The position numbers were made by a program, and so were the translations under genes. A stretch of 64,000 nucleotides of DNA from Candidatus Omnitrophota bacterium (GTDB taxonomy: Bacteria > Omnitrophota > Gorgyraeia > Gygaellales > Profunditerraquicolaceae), in the NCBI GenBank assembly GCA_030693145.1, contig JAUYBI010000045.1, forward strand, positions 4,591 to 68,590, written 5' to 3'. Positions within the stretch are counted from its first letter, which is position 1. The number at the start of each line of letters is the position of its first letter. Below the pieces are notes generated by a model. It had not been told where the DNA came from. It did not search any database and saw only the letters and a program-made list of their open reading frames with translations. Of the stretch, positions 1 through 11,100 are shown in pieces.

Positions 1-512
1 ATTATAAAATTGTTTTTTATTTTCCGCCGTAAAAATAATGCCTCCTTAGCCGAACAAACCACGCCATCTAACCCGCAGGCTAGCCCCTGTCTTGCTAACG
101 CCAGAACTTCTTCCGGCTTTGTTTTCTGACTGGTCAAAACTGTGACTCCAATCAATAAAGGCCTGGGCATTTTCAGAGTTTCTGCCTGACGCGTTGCTGA
201 CTCTACCGCGGCCTTGAGCATTTCTTGGCCGCCTAAAATATGCAAAGTAAGCATTTTCACCTTGAGCCTTACCGCTGCGGCTACCGCGCCGGCAACGGTA
301 TTGGGAATATCAAAATATTTAAGATCCAAAAAAACCTCAGCGCATTTTTTATGCAACCGTTCAACAATCTTCGGTCCGTAAGCAGTAAAAAGGCGGCTGC
401 CAACCTTAAAGATCTTTATCTTGGGGTAAAGCTTATCCACAAAACCTTCAGCCTCTTGGAGCGTATCTACATCTAAAGCCAGAATGATCTGGGGATTGCT
501 TAATCTTGGCAC
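1..512 (-). CDS. pyrF: orotidine-5'-phosphate decarboxylase (3' end runs off window)
   Basis: Manual translation from GTG at 512: MPRLSNPQIILALD...KIFKVG...VFLDLKYFDIPNTV (DxKxxDIPNT motif); follows pyrD. Confidence 0.93.
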   Translation of the reverse strand, partial: MPRLSNPQIILALDVDTLQEAEGFVDKLYPKIKIFKVGSRLFTAYGPKIVERLHKKCAEVFLDLKYFDIPNTVAGAVAAAVRLKVKMLTLHILGGQEMLKAAVESATRQAETLKMPRPLLIGVTVLTSQKTKPEEVLALARQGLACGLDGVVCSAKEALFLRRKIKNNFI

Positions 513-1435
513 GCTCTTAATTTTCCGGTAAGCTGGCTTAAATTCTGTAGATTATTATCCAGCATATACTGCTCTAACCCAGCGATGATCTTCAGGCTTG
601 CTTGGGGGTCAATAAAATTTGCCGTTCCCACACTGACCGCCGCGGCTCCGGCGATAAAAAACTCTAAAGCACTTTCGGTATCCATTATACCACCCATACC
701 AATAATGGGAATCTGAATCTTATTATACGCCTCCCAAACCATCTTCACCGCCACCGGCCTGATTGCCGGCCCGCTTAAACCACCAACCCAGTTACCTAAT
801 TTAGGAATACGTTTATGCACATCTATACTCATACCGCCAAGCGTATTCACCAAAGCCAACGCATCCGTCCCTGCATTCTGCGCCGCCAGGGCGATTTCAG
901 TAATCGAAGCCACATTCGGCGACAACTTAGTAATTAAGCATTTTTCTGTAAGCTTGCGCGCCGCGCTGACTAATGCCAAGGTATCTGCGGCGTCCTGAGA
1001 AATTAGTTTATTCTTCTGCAAGTTCGGACAGGATATATTTAATTCGATTGCGGATACTTCGGGAATCCGGTCTAATCGTTTGACGAGAATGGCAAATTCA
1101 TCCGGGGTTTCTTCGGCGGCAATACTGACAATCACCGGAATGCCCAGCGACTTCAGAAAAGGAAGTTTCTCCTGGATAAACCTATCTATACCGGGATTTT
1201 CCAGGCCGATAGAATTAAGCATCCCGGCGGGGGTTTCACAGGTGCGCGGGGGGAGGTTTCCCTGACGCGCTTTCACCGTAATCGTTTTAGTAACAATTGC
1301 TCCCAATTTTCTTAAATCAATAAAATCCTCAAATTCCTGCGCGTAACCAAATGTCCCGGAGGCCACCATCACCGGATTTTTCAAATCCAGATTTCCTATT
1401 TTTACGCTTAAATTTGGCTGCTTTGGCTTTACCAT
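500..1435 (-). CDS. pyrD: dihydroorotate dehydrogenase B catalytic subunit
   Basis: KNPVMVASGTFG, ELNISCPN, GGLSGPAI motifs. Confidence 0.96.
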   Translation of the reverse strand: MVKPKQPNLSVKIGNLDLKNPVMVASGTFGYAQEFEDFIDLRKLGAIVTKTITVKARQGNLPPRTCETPAGMLNSIGLENPGIDRFIQEKLPFLKSLGIPVIVSIAAEETPDEFAILVKRLDRIPEVSAIELNISCPNLQKNKLISQDAADTLALVSAARKLTEKCLITKLSPNVASITEIALAAQNAGTDALALVNTLGGMSIDVHKRIPKLGNWVGGLSGPAIRPVAVKMVWEAYNKIQIPIIGMGGIMDTESALEFFIAGAAAVSVGTANFIDPQASLKIIAGLEQYMLDNNLQNLSQLTGKLRACQD

Positions 1436-2205
1436 ATTAATTCCTCACCGGAGAAAACCGGGCCATCCTTACAAACAGTTTTATAACCGGCCTTGGTCGC
1501 AACCGCGCAGCCTAAACAAGCTCCCAATCCGCAAGCCATATGCTCCTCTAAAGAAAGCTGCGCGTTAATTTTATATTCATTAACAATCTCGGCAACAGCT
1601 TTTAACATCAAGTGCGGCCCACAGGAGAATACCTGCGTGGGCTTGGCCTGCTCTAAAATAATTTTGAACAAATCCGTAACCCTGCCCTTAAATCCCAGCG
1701 AACCGTCATCCGTAGCTAATTTCAATGCACAACCCAGCGCCTTAAATTCCCGGGTACACAGAATTTCTTTTTTTGTTCTGGCGCCGATTAAAACCAAAGG
1801 TTTGGTCTTTTTTAGTTTCTCGGCTAAAAAGGCCAGCGGCGCGACCCCTATCCCCCCGGCAATCAAAATATTTTTAACTCCCCTTGATTCCGCCGGGCGC
1901 GGATAAATAAAACCATTACCCAACGGGCCGATAACATCTAAAAATTCTCCGGGTTTTTTCCCGGACAAAGCCCGGGTACCTTCGCCGATAATTTCATAGA
2001 TAATCTTGACTTTGCCGGCTTTAGCTCCATGAATACTAATCGGCCTCCTCAATAAAGGCGCCGGCCCATCGGTTACTCTGATATTTACAAATTGGCCCGC
2101 AACCGCATACTTGGCAATCAGGCCGGATTCAAATTCTAAATGCCAATAATTCCCGCTCAGTCTTTGATTAGAAATTATTTTAGCTTTAATTTGCGCTGCT
2201 TTCAC
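1429..2205 (-). CDS. pyrK: dihydroorotate dehydrogenase electron transfer subunit
   Basis: LLRRPISI, GPLGNGF, AGGIG, MACGLGACLGC...VCKDGPVF 2Fe-2S motif. Confidence 0.95.
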   Translation of the reverse strand: MKAAQIKAKIISNQRLSGNYWHLEFESGLIAKYAVAGQFVNIRVTDGPAPLLRRPISIHGAKAGKVKIIYEIIGEGTRALSGKKPGEFLDVIGPLGNGFIYPRPAESRGVKNILIAGGIGVAPLAFLAEKLKKTKPLVLIGARTKKEILCTREFKALGCALKLATDDGSLGFKGRVTDLFKIILEQAKPTQVFSCGPHLMLKAVAEIVNEYKINAQLSLEEHMACGLGACLGCAVATKAGYKTVCKDGPVFSGEELIW

Positions 2206-2242
2206 CCAGCCCTTCTTTCTTTATTTTCTCCAACCGTTCTTT

Positions 2243-2950
2243 TTATTTTTTAGAAGGGATGGGTTCATCTCTTTTGTTTATCCGCTTATTAAGTAAAATT
2301 ACAAAAATTATGAATAAAGCCAAGGTCAAAAATATCCACCTGGATTGTTGAAGATAGCCCCTAAATCCTACCTTGGCAATATCCTCCCAAGACTCTACCA
2401 GCAAAGTAAATAAAAGCAGCGTAAAGATCGCGCCAATTTCTTTTTTAAACCAGATTAGCCTGATCGGTAAATATTCAATGATGTCTAATTTGATTACGCT
2501 GGATAACGCGGGAAAAATCCGGGGGACTTTTTGGCAATATTCCGGATAGGCCTGCGGAAACATCGCGCCAAGCTTTTTTTCCTCCTTGTAAATAAGTAAA
2601 ATATAGCGCAAAATAAAAACTACAACAAAAACTGCTGCTGCCCACCACTTGAATATCGCCAAGATTACCCCCAGGCCGATCAAAAATATTCCCAGATACA
2701 TCGGATTGCGGACCACCTGATAAGGGCCGCCCTGGATTAACGCCTGGCTATCCCGGGAATGCTCGGCTTTATACCCCCGCGCTGAAACTCGAATGATTTG
2801 CCCCAAAAGAATAAGGGCAAAACCCAAAGCCTCTAAAATCTCTTCGCGGATACCTCCGGAATAAGCCCGCAAAAAAAATCTGGGGAAAAATGCAATCACC
2901 AAAGCAGTAAAAGTCATGATTATCCCATTAACCTTGAGGCGTTTTTTCAC
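2243..2950 (-). CDS. isoprenylcysteine carboxyl methyltransferase/PEMT-like membrane protein
   Basis: Multi-TM protein with GPYQVVRNPMYLG and EE..L...Y..YC.KVPR motifs. Confidence 0.8.
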   Translation of the reverse strand: MKKRLKVNGIIMTFTALVIAFFPRFFLRAYSGGIREEILEALGFALILLGQIIRVSARGYKAEHSRDSQALIQGGPYQVVRNPMYLGIFLIGLGVILAIFKWWAAAVFVVVFILRYILLIYKEEKKLGAMFPQAYPEYCQKVPRIFPALSSVIKLDIIEYLPIRLIWFKKEIGAIFTLLLFTLLVESWEDIAKVGFRGYLQQSRWIFLTLALFIIFVILLNKRINKRDEPIPSKK

Positions 2951-3020
2951 TTTCCTCTTTCCTTTCCTGATCTAAATAAACACAAAAAATAATAGCGTAA
3001 CAAACCTTACTAATTTTCAG

Positions 3021-3050
3021 CAGTAGGGGAGGTTTAAACCTCCCCTACTG
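3021..3050. repeat. GTAG REP-like perfect palindrome (copy 1), with a decayed MITE left flank from about 2992
   Basis: CAGTAGGGGAGGTTTAAACCTCCCCTACTG. Confidence 0.9.
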
Positions 3051-3067
3051 TAATTAATAACGTACTT

Positions 3068-3871
3068 CTAACGGGATTGACACTTGGGACAAAAATAAGT
3101 CCCTCTGCCCCCTTGAGCAATTCTTTCCACCGGACTTGAGCAAACAAAACAAGGCTTGCCGCTCCGCCCATAAACCCGATGAAAACGCGCATAGTCTCCA
3201 TTTTTCCCGGAAACCCGCACATAATCATCTACCGAGGAGCCCCCGTGTTTAATCGCGCTATTTAATACCTTGATCATTTCTTGATAGAGGGCACCCTGTT
3301 CTTTTTGGCTTAAACTTTGGGCCTGCCGCTGAGGATTAATTTTCGCCCGAAATAGAATTTCCGAAGCATAAATATTTCCGATGCCGGAAATAAATGACTG
3401 CTCCATCAACAGGGGTTTAATCCTAGTTTTTCTCTTAGCAAGCATATCTTTAAAATCAGCAGAAGTCAAATCAAATGGTTCCGGGCCAAGCCGCTGAACA
3501 AATTCCAGTTTTTTCCAATCGTTAACTAAACGCAGCTCCCCAAATAAGCGCTGATCATTAAAATCTAAAACCATGCCTCCATCCAGAACAAAAGCCACCC
3601 GGCTGTTTTTAGATCCTCCGGGAGTCACCAGTTGTCCGGTCATTTTGAAGTGCATCGTCAAAAATTTACCGTGGGATAATTCTAAAATCAACAGTTTCCC
3701 TCGGCGGAAAACACGCTTAATCCTCAAGCCCTCCAGAGACCTCTTAAATACTGCCGGAGCAGGCTGGCGGATCACCTTGGGATTATGTATCAACACCCGG
3801 ACAATCTTCTTGCCACAGGCTATCTTCTGCAGATCAGTTTTAATTGTTTCGACTTCCGGCAGTTCCGGCAT
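3068..3871 (-). CDS. mutM: formamidopyrimidine-DNA glycosylase
   Basis: N-terminal MPELPEVE, GIGNIYASE H2TH, C-terminal C4 zinc finger. Confidence 0.97.
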   Translation of the reverse strand: MPELPEVETIKTDLQKIACGKKIVRVLIHNPKVIRQPAPAVFKRSLEGLRIKRVFRRGKLLILELSHGKFLTMHFKMTGQLVTPGGSKNSRVAFVLDGGMVLDFNDQRLFGELRLVNDWKKLEFVQRLGPEPFDLTSADFKDMLAKRKTRIKPLLMEQSFISGIGNIYASEILFRAKINPQRQAQSLSQKEQGALYQEMIKVLNSAIKHGGSSVDDYVRVSGKNGDYARFHRVYGRSGKPCFVCSSPVERIAQGGRGTYFCPKCQSR

Positions 3872-3880
3872 AAACCTAAC

Positions 3881-6800
3881 CTATTTGACCTTCTTACACT
3901 TCATTTTATGGTACTCTTGTAATGATTTCACGCCTAAATCTTTTTTAATCAACATCTCAATACCGTTTACCGTTGCCTGCGCTCCAAAAATCGTGGTGGT
4001 ATAAGGTATGTTATAAAGAACAACCTGGGAGCGAATTTTTACTTCATCCTGCCGCGGTATCCTGCCGGAAGGAGTATTAATCACCATCTGAATCTTGCCG
4101 TCTTTCATCAAATCCAGGATATTTGGCCGGCCTTCGTTAATTTTAGGCAGGACTTTAGCGGGTATATTATTTTTCTCCAGAACCGAAGCTGTGCCGCTAG
4201 AGGCAAAAATATTAAACCCTAGATCTTTGAGTTTCTTCGCAATAAAGGCGATGTCTCTTTTATCCCGGTCATGCACTGAGATAAAAACATTGCCGCTTTT
4301 GGGAACTTTTTGTCCTGCGGCAATCTGGCTTTTAATATAAGCGCTGGCAAAATCCATATCAATTCCCAGCACCTCACCGGTTGATTTCATCTCCGGGCCG
4401 AGCATCACATCTACACCCGGAAAACGGTTAAAAGGAAATACGGATTCTTTCACCGCCACATACGGCGGGATTACTTCTTCGGTAAAGCCCAAATCCTTAA
4501 GTTTCTTACCTAACATAACTTTTGTGGCCAACTTGGCTAAAGGCACTCCAATAACTTTAGAAACTAAAGGCACGGTACGGGAAGCGCGCGGGTTTACCTC
4601 TAACACATAGACCTTAGCGTCTTTAACCGCGTACTGCACATTCATTAAACCAATAATATTCAACTCTTTGGCTAAGCGATAGGAAGCCTCTCTTAGTTTT
4701 TTCAAAATATCCGGGCCCAGTGTATGCGTAGGTAAGGACATCGCCGCATCCCCTGAATGCACTCCCGCCTGTTCAATATGTTCCAAAATCCCGCCGATCA
4801 CAAAGGTTTCGCCGTCTCCGATTAAATCCACATCCACCTCAATAGCATCTTCTAAAAATTTATCAATCAATATCGGATGTTCGCCAGAAACTTCAGCGGC
4901 TTCCTGAATAAATTTTTCCAACAACTCTTCCTCATAAACAATCTCCATTGCCCGGCCGCCTAAAACATAGGAGGGCCTGACTAATACCGGATAGCCAATA
5001 TCCCTGGCGACTTTCTGCGCCTCGGCGAAAGTAAAAACCGTTCCGCTATTTGGCTGCAGGAGCCCTAACTTATCAATCAATTGTTTAAAACGCTTGCGGT
5101 CTTCGGCAATATCAATGTTTTCGGAGCTGGTGCCTAAAATATTTACTCCTGCCGCACGTAAAGCCACCGCCAGATTAATCGGGGTTTGCCCTCCAAACTG
5201 CACAATGACACCTAAGGGTTTTTCTACCTCCAGAATATTCATGATATCTTCAAAAGTCAGCGGTTCAAAATAGAGCCGGTCAGAAGTATCATAGTCCGTA
5301 GAAACCGTCTCCGGGTTACAATTAACCATAACACTATCTACCCCTTCTTCTTTAAGCGCATAGGCAGCGTGGCAACAGCAATAATCAAACTCAATGCCTT
5401 GGCCAATCCTGTTCGGGCCTCCTCCTAAGATTACCACTTTCTTATTTTTGCTTGGCCTGGCCTCATCTTTGGTCTCTTGAGTTGAATAAAAATAGGGCTG
5501 CTTGGCATTAAATTCTCCGGCGCAAGTATCCACTAATTTATACGCGGGCTTGACGCTGCTTTTTTTGCGTAGCTGTTTCACCTTTGCCTCCTTGGTATTC
5601 AAAAGAAAAGCAAGTTGAATATCAGAAAACCCGTCGGCCTTGGCTTGCGTTAATAATTCGGCAGGCATTTTCGGTTCCTCATCTACCAACTCATTCCTAT
5701 ATTGTTTAATTTTCTCCTCCAGCTCTACCAGTTGTTTCATATTCTGCAAAAACCAGCGGTCGATGCGGCTAAGTGCAAAAATTTCATCTATACTTAAACC
5801 TGCCTTTAACGCGTACCTTAAATAGAATAGCCTTTCATCATTGGGAATCCGGATCTTATCTTCAATCTGCTTAAATAAGAGCGCGTCCGGATTTTTAAGC
5901 ATGGCGTCGGTAATTTTATCTTTACCGTCTGCGCCAAAGCCAAAGCGTTTAATTTCCAGCGAGCGTATTCCTTTTTGCAAGGCCTCTTTAAAATTTCTAC
6001 CAATCGACATTGCTTCTCCTACCGCCTTCATGGAAGTATTCAAGGCCCTTTCGGCATGAGGGAATTTTTCGAAAGTAAACCGGCAAATTTTAAACACGCA
6101 ATAATCTATTGTCGGCTCAAAAAAGGAGGTAGTTTTACCGGTAACCTGGTTCATTACTTCCGGTAAAGTTAAACCTACGGCTAATTTGGTCGCTACCCGG
6201 GCAATCGGGAATCCCGTGGCTTTAGAGGCCAGGGCTGAAGAACGCGAAAGCCTGGGATTAACTTCGATAATCACAATCTTTCCGTTGTCCGGGTTCTGGC
6301 CAAACTGAATATTGGCTCCACCACCGGAAATACCAATCTTACGAATAATCTTTTTGCAAAGATAAACAAAGTCCGTGTACTCCTGAAGAGTAAGCGTCTG
6401 GGCAGGGGCCACCACAATGCTGTCTCCGGTATGCACCCCCATCGGATCAATATTTTCCATAGAGGTGATCATAATTACATTATCCACGCAATCGCGCATA
6501 ACCTCAAATTCAATCTCTTTCCAGCCTAAAACTGATTGCTCAACTAATACCTGATGTACCGGGCTGGTCTGGATTCCTTTGGATAACAGCGTCTCCAGCT
6601 CTTCTTGATTGTAAGCGATCCCCCCTCCGCTGCCGCCCAAACAATAAGCCGGCCGCAAGATTAAAGGAAAGCCAATCTCTAAACCTATTTTCATTCCTTC
6701 TTTAACCGATCTGGCAATACCGCTTTTAGGCATATCCACGCCGATCTCCTGCATGGCTTGCTTAAAAAGGTCCCGATCCTCAGCACAGGCAATCGCCTCT

Positions 6801-7159
6801 ACCGATGCGCCGATAGATTCTACTTTGTATTTTTTCAACACCCCTTGTTTCATCAGAAAAAATGCCAAGTTTAATGCTGTTTGTCCGCCGAGAGTAGGCA
6901 AGAGCGCATCCGGCCTTTCCTTGGCGATGATCTTGGTTAAAATATCAACATTCAAGGGCTCGATATAAGTCACATCCGCCATCCCCGGATCAGTCATAAT
7001 GGTTGCCGGATTAGAATTTACCAGGATGGTAAAATAACCTTCCTCTCTCAAGGCTTTGCAGGCTTGGCTTCCGGAATAATCAAATTCACATGCCTGGCCG
7101 ATAACTATGGGCCCGGAACCAATCATTAAAACCTTTTTAAAATCTTTGCGCCTGGGCAT
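3881..7159 (-). CDS. carB: carbamoyl-phosphate synthase large subunit
   Basis: [17 protein letters not shown], duplicated ATP-grasp domains, C-terminal MGS-like domain; 1092 aa. Confidence 0.98.
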   Translation of the reverse strand: MPRRKDFKKVLMIGSGPIVIGQACEFDYSGSQACKALREEGYFTILVNSNPATIMTDPGMADVTYIEPLNVDILTKIIAKERPDALLPTLGGQTALNLAFFLMKQGVLKKYKVESIGASVEAIACAEDRDLFKQAMQEIGVDMPKSGIARSVKEGMKIGLEIGFPLILRPAYCLGGSGGGIAYNQEELETLLSKGIQTSPVHQVLVEQSVLGWKEIEFEVMRDCVDNVIMITSMENIDPMGVHTGDSIVVAPAQTLTLQEYTDFVYLCKKIIRKIGISGGGANIQFGQNPDNGKIVIIEVNPRLSRSSALASKATGFPIARVATKLAVGLTLPEVMNQVTGKTTSFFEPTIDYCVFKICRFTFEKFPHAERALNTSMKAVGEAMSIGRNFKEALQKGIRSLEIKRFGFGADGKDKITDAMLKNPDALLFKQIEDKIRIPNDERLFYLRYALKAGLSIDEIFALSRIDRWFLQNMKQLVELEEKIKQYRNELVDEEPKMPAELLTQAKADGFSDIQLAFLLNTKEAKVKQLRKKSSVKPAYKLVDTCAGEFNAKQPYFYSTQETKDEARPSKNKKVVILGGGPNRIGQGIEFDYCCCHAAYALKEEGVDSVMVNCNPETVSTDYDTSDRLYFEPLTFEDIMNILEVEKPLGVIVQFGGQTPINLAVALRAAGVNILGTSSENIDIAEDRKRFKQLIDKLGLLQPNSGTVFTFAEAQKVARDIGYPVLVRPSYVLGGRAMEIVYEEELLEKFIQEAAEVSGEHPILIDKFLEDAIEVDVDLIGDGETFVIGGILEHIEQAGVHSGDAAMSLPTHTLGPDILKKLREASYRLAKELNIIGLMNVQYAVKDAKVYVLEVNPRASRTVPLVSKVIGVPLAKLATKVMLGKKLKDLGFTEEVIPPYVAVKESVFPFNRFPGVDVMLGPEMKSTGEVLGIDMDFASAYIKSQIAAGQKVPKSGNVFISVHDRDKRDIAFIAKKLKDLGFNIFASSGTASVLEKNNIPAKVLPKINEGRPNILDLMKDGKIQMVINTPSGRIPRQDEVKIRSQVVLYNIPYTTTIFGAQATVNGIEMLIKKDLGVKSLQEYHKMKCKKVK

Positions 7160-7161
7160 CT

Positions 7162-8256
7162 TTATCTCCTTGCCTGCCTGCCCTTAGGCAGGCCTAATAG
7201 TTTGCTAAATTTTATTAATATCGCGCTGGCTTGATTAAAACCCGCGCTTACGGGATTATACGCAACCGCGATCATCTTTAATTTTTTGCTTTCAATTTCC
7301 TCTATCGTATGATCATTTAAATTATAGGCCGTGACTTTTATTTCTTTTATTTTATGCAATGAATTATTATCCAGGACATACGCGTGATTCTGAACAGTAA
7401 TTTCGCCTTTAAAGGTGCCTGGCCTGGCGATCGGATAATTTACTCCTCGATGCCCAAACTTTAAACGGATTAGTTGTACGCCTAAAGCCTTGGCTAAAAC
7501 CTGGCCTCCGGTAGCCACTCCCAACAAAGGCAGCTTTCCGATCAGGGGTTTTATATTCTGCGCTACTGTTTCTAAACCGCAATCATTTTCCGGGCCGCTG
7601 GATAGCACTAAACCTTTAGGCTTAGAGCCTAAAATTTGCTTGGCGCTGGCATTATAAGGAAACACCGTCAGAGAGAAGCCTAATGTTTCTAATTGCCTCA
7701 TCAGGCCGGAAGTTACTCCTAAATCTAAAACCGCAATTTTGGCGCCTCTGGCTTTACCTAAAGAATACAACTTTTGCACGGATACCTCTGCCAGCTTGGT
7801 TTTTATGGGTTGCTGCTTAAATTTGTTTATCTTATCCAATAATTTCTGGGGATCAAACTCCAGCGTAGAAATAATTCCAATTAATGGCCCCTTCTCCCGC
7901 AAGTACACAGTCAGGGTACGCGTATCGAGATTATAAATTGCTGGTTTTTTATGCGCTTTGAGAAAATCATCTAAACTGGATTCAGCCTGCCAGTTAGAAT
8001 ACATTTTACTTTTTTCCTTCATCACCAAACCGCTTACCCAAACTTTTGTTGATTCACTGAATTTGGGAGCACACCCGTAATTGCCAATTAAGGGATAAGT
8101 AAATACCAAAATTTTCCCGGCGTTAGCCGGATCCGTAATCATCTCCTGGTATCCAACTACCGCCGTATTAATAATTACTTCTCCAAAGCACTCTGCCTCA
8201 AGGTCGCTCTCAGCATTAAAACTTTTACCATCCTCTAAGCATAAGATTGCTTTCAT
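7162..8256 (-). CDS. carA: carbamoyl-phosphate synthase small subunit homolog with degenerate catalytic triad
   Basis: [22 protein letters not shown] and QNH retained; GICLGHQ reads GVATGGQ and HPE reads NPV. Confidence 0.88.
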   Translation of the reverse strand: MKAILCLEDGKSFNAESDLEAECFGEVIINTAVVGYQEMITDPANAGKILVFTYPLIGNYGCAPKFSESTKVWVSGLVMKEKSKMYSNWQAESSLDDFLKAHKKPAIYNLDTRTLTVYLREKGPLIGIISTLEFDPQKLLDKINKFKQQPIKTKLAEVSVQKLYSLGKARGAKIAVLDLGVTSGLMRQLETLGFSLTVFPYNASAKQILGSKPKGLVLSSGPENDCGLETVAQNIKPLIGKLPLLGVATGGQVLAKALGVQLIRLKFGHRGVNYPIARPGTFKGEITVQNHAYVLDNNSLHKIKEIKVTAYNLNDHTIEEIESKKLKMIAVAYNPVSAGFNQASAILIKFSKLLGLPKGRQARR

Positions 8257-8415
8257 AAGTAAATTACTCCTGTTTTTAAGGTGCTGGTTGTAACCTTTGC
8301 TCCACTTTTACCTTTTTTAAGCCTGTAAAAATTGATACTTGCACCACTTTACTTGATTTTATGCCTAAATTGTGGGTTTATTGCCTACTTCCGTTATTAT
8401 GAGCTACCCACAACC

Positions 8416-8441
8416 GTAGGGGAGGTTTAAACCTCCCCTAC
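8416..8441. repeat. GTAG REP-like palindrome (copy 2)
   Basis: GTAGGGGAGGTTTAAACCTCCCCTAC. Confidence 0.9.
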
Positions 8442-8456
8442 TGGCTGCTTTATTAC

Positions 8457-8528
8457 TGCCCCTGACAGGAGTCGAACCTGTACCACTAGCTCCGGAGGCT
8501 AATGCGCTATCCATTGCGCTACAGGGGC
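8457..8528 (-). tRNA. tRNA-Arg(CCG)
   Basis: Reverse complement GCCCCTG...TTAGC-CTCCGGA-GCTAG...GGTTCGACTCC...CAGGGGCA folds as a cloverleaf; no encoded CCA. Confidence 0.95.
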
Positions 8529-8547
8529 ATTTCGATTATATTCAATT

Positions 8548-8578
8548 CCCCTACCCTGAGCTTGTCGAAGGGCAGGGG
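8548..8578. repeat. TGAGC..GTCGAA-core hairpin repeat
   Basis: CCCCTACCC-TGAGCTTGTCGAA-GGGCAGGGG; same core as the units at 24399-24476. Confidence 0.7.
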
Positions 8579-8581
8579 GCG

Positions 8582-9823
8582 TTAAAATAAACTTAGCTGC
8601 TGCTCGCTTTTTTTCTGCTGCTCATTGTCGTCAAATATAGAGATTATTCCGTATTCACCGTCAAATCCCGCTTTAATATTAACCTTGCCTGCGCGCATGC
8701 GCAAAACACCCTCGACAACTTTGGGAGGCAGGTTCCTAAGCAGCTCCTCTTTTGAAACTTTAAGCAGAACATCAAACTCTGTTTTAAATTTAGTTAAATA
8801 ACTGTGGTAGTCTCTTTCTACATTTATAGAAGCTTTGCCCACACCCCTGGCTTCAGCGATTATCTCGGCAAATGGAATTAAATTCTTAAAAGGAATTGCG
8901 TTATCCGGTTTAAATCCTTCCGGGCGATCGGCCAATTTCTCCACCCGATTAAGCACGCCGACAGTAACCGGTTTGCCGCACTTAGGGCATTTTCCATTAT
9001 GATCTTTAGTCTCTTGGGGCGACCAGCGAAGGCCACAGAGGCGGTGCCCGTCAAAATGGTATTTACCTTCTTCGGGAAAAAATTCAATCGTAGATAAGAA
9101 TCTTTTCTTATCTTTGGTTTTCAAAACCTCGCGGATAGTTTTATAATCCAACTCGCAATTAAAAACATTGGCCTCCCGGCCGATTTTCTGCGGCGAATGC
9201 GCATCGCTGTTAGAAATCAGCGTAAACCTGTCCAAAGCGCTGAGCCTCCAATTCATGGCCGGATCGCTGGATAACCCGGTCTCTAAGGCGAATATTTTTG
9301 ATGTTTGTTCTTCAAAGCAATCTTCAATCTTATCAAATCCGGACATCGAACCAAACAAGCTAAACCAGGGTGTCCAAATATGCCCCGGGACAATCAGGCA
9401 ATTCTCATCAATATCAAATACAATCCGCGCAAGCTCCGCGGCAGGCAGGCCGATGATTGGCCGGCCGTCGCTGGATAAATTTGCTCCGCGCCGGGAGAGT
9501 GCATTATTAATTTTATCCACGACCGCGAAAGAAGGAGCAAAAATGAGGTTATGAATACGGTAGCCTTTTCCCCCTTTAGAATAAATACTGCTGATTTCCG
9601 CGGTAAGCATAAAATAAACATCAGCGTGTTTAAACAAACCGTTTCCGCAATCTTCCAATGTATGCTTTAACTCTTCTAACCACAAATGATGGGTAAAATC
9701 ACCGGTACCCATTAAGGTTATGCCTTTTAATTTTGCCCACTGCGCCAAATGTGTAACATCCATATCGCGGCTGGTGGCCCGGGAGTATTTAGAGTGAATA
9801 TGAAAATCAGCAATAAATTCCAT
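8582..9823 (-). CDS. endonuclease Q family PHP-domain protein
   Basis: ADFHIHSKYSRATS, GTGDFTH, ETGLSSD, SNSDAHS, GKYHFDGHR..C...CPKCG, GFDGEYG; start moved to ATG 9823. Confidence 0.85.
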   Translation of the reverse strand: MEFIADFHIHSKYSRATSRDMDVTHLAQWAKLKGITLMGTGDFTHHLWLEELKHTLEDCGNGLFKHADVYFMLTAEISSIYSKGGKGYRIHNLIFAPSFAVVDKINNALSRRGANLSSDGRPIIGLPAAELARIVFDIDENCLIVPGHIWTPWFSLFGSMSGFDKIEDCFEEQTSKIFALETGLSSDPAMNWRLSALDRFTLISNSDAHSPQKIGREANVFNCELDYKTIREVLKTKDKKRFLSTIEFFPEEGKYHFDGHRLCGLRWSPQETKDHNGKCPKCGKPVTVGVLNRVEKLADRPEGFKPDNAIPFKNLIPFAEIIAEARGVGKASINVERDYHSYLTKFKTEFDVLLKVSKEELLRNLPPKVVEGVLRMRAGKVNIKAGFDGEYGIISIFDDNEQQKKSEQQLSLF

Positions 9824-9825
9824 GT

Positions 9826-11100
9826 TTACCTTTGATAGGCTATTATTCCATTGCAAATTGTGTAATCCACCAATCCCTTTAAGCAGCTCCCCAAAAATGG
9901 AGAATTCTTGGATTTAGAAACCAGCGCTGGTTTATCTACTATCCAGGATTGTTGATCTGAAATTATCACCACATCCGCAAAGCTGCCCGCGGTTAATCTT
10001 CCCCTGTCTAGCCCTAATATCCGCGCAGGATTTAAACAGAACCTGGTGATTAACCCCGGCCAATCCAGGACCTGCTTATTTATTAATTCCGTTATGCTCA
10101 CGGAAAGCTCGGTTTCCAACCCCACTACGCCAAACTCTGCGCGTTCAAACTCAATATCTTTTTCATTCTCGGTATGCGGAGCATGATCCGAAGCGATAGC
10201 ATCAATACTGCCATCCTTTAATCCCTGTTTTATCGCGATAAGATCCTCTTTGCTTCTTAAGGGCGGATTCATTTTCATATTCGTGTCGTATCCTAAAAGC
10301 GCGTCTTCAGTAAGCGTAAAATAGTGGGGGGCTGTTTCACAAGTTACCTGAACACCTGTTTTTTTAGCTTTAGCGATTATCTCAACCGACTCCCGGCAAC
10401 TAACATGAGCAATATGCACCGCGGCTGCGGAATTCTTGGCTAACTCGATATCTCTGCGGACGCGCTTATACTCTGATTCATTAGATATGCCGCGCAAACC
10501 CAAACGCGTAGAATTAAAACCCAAATTGATTACCCCTTTGCCTGAAAGTTTTTTATCCTCAGCGTGGCAGATCGTTAAAAGGCCGGCTTGTTTTGCTTTT
10601 TTGAGCGCCTCCAACATCAACTCATCGCTATCCACCGAGCATCCATCATCTGATATAGCGTAAACCCCGCTTTTCTTCAGCGCGGCGATATCGCTTAACT
10701 CTTGACCTAAACGGCCCTTAGTGATTGTTCCGCAAATAAGCACATTCACTTTCGCGTCTTTACGAATTATTTCCTGCAACAACCTGACGCTCTCCGGGCA
10801 ATCCATCGCCGGCTGGGTATTGGGCATGGCTAAAACAGTAGTTACTCCGCCCTTGGCAGCAGCCAGCGTAGCCGTGGCTACTGTTTCCTTATCTTCTCTG
10901 CCGGGTTCCCGTAAATGCACATGCATATCCACAATGCCCGGAGCAACAATTTTATTGCTGGCATCAATTACAGTATCGGCACTAGAATTAATATTCTTAG
11001 CTACTTTGGATATTTTATTATTCTCAATTAAAACATCCAAGATAGCATCAATTTTATTTTCCGGGTCAATTACCCTGCCGCCTTTGATCAGTATGCTCAT
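9826..11100 (-). CDS. pyrC: dihydroorotase
   Basis: DMHVHLREPG, KMNPPLR, ASDHAPH. Confidence 0.96.
   Translation of the reverse strand: MSILIKGGRVIDPENKIDAILDVLIENNKISKVAKNINSSADTVIDASNKIVAPGIVDMHVHLREPGREDKETVATATLAAAKGGVTTVLAMPNTQPAMDCPESVRLLQEIIRKDAKVNVLICGTITKGRLGQELSDIAALKKSGVYAISDDGCSVDSDELMLEALKKAKQAGLLTICHAEDKKLSGKGVINLGFNSTRLGLRGISNESEYKRVRRDIELAKNSAAAVHIAHVSCRESVEIIAKAKKTGVQVTCETAPHYFTLTEDALLGYDTNMKMNPPLRSKEDLIAIKQGLKDGSIDAIASDHAPHTENEKDIEFERAEFGVVGLETELSVSITELINKQVLDWPGLITRFCLNPARILGLDRGRLTAGSFADVVIISDQQSWIVDKPALVSKSKNSPFLGSCLKGLVDYTICNGIIAYQR

Noticed and set aside
8260-8415. Possible riboswitch upstream of carA (TTGTGGGT/ACCCACAA and GGTGC/GCACC pairings)
   Set aside because: No match to a PyrR site or any riboswitch I recognise; the pairings are short.
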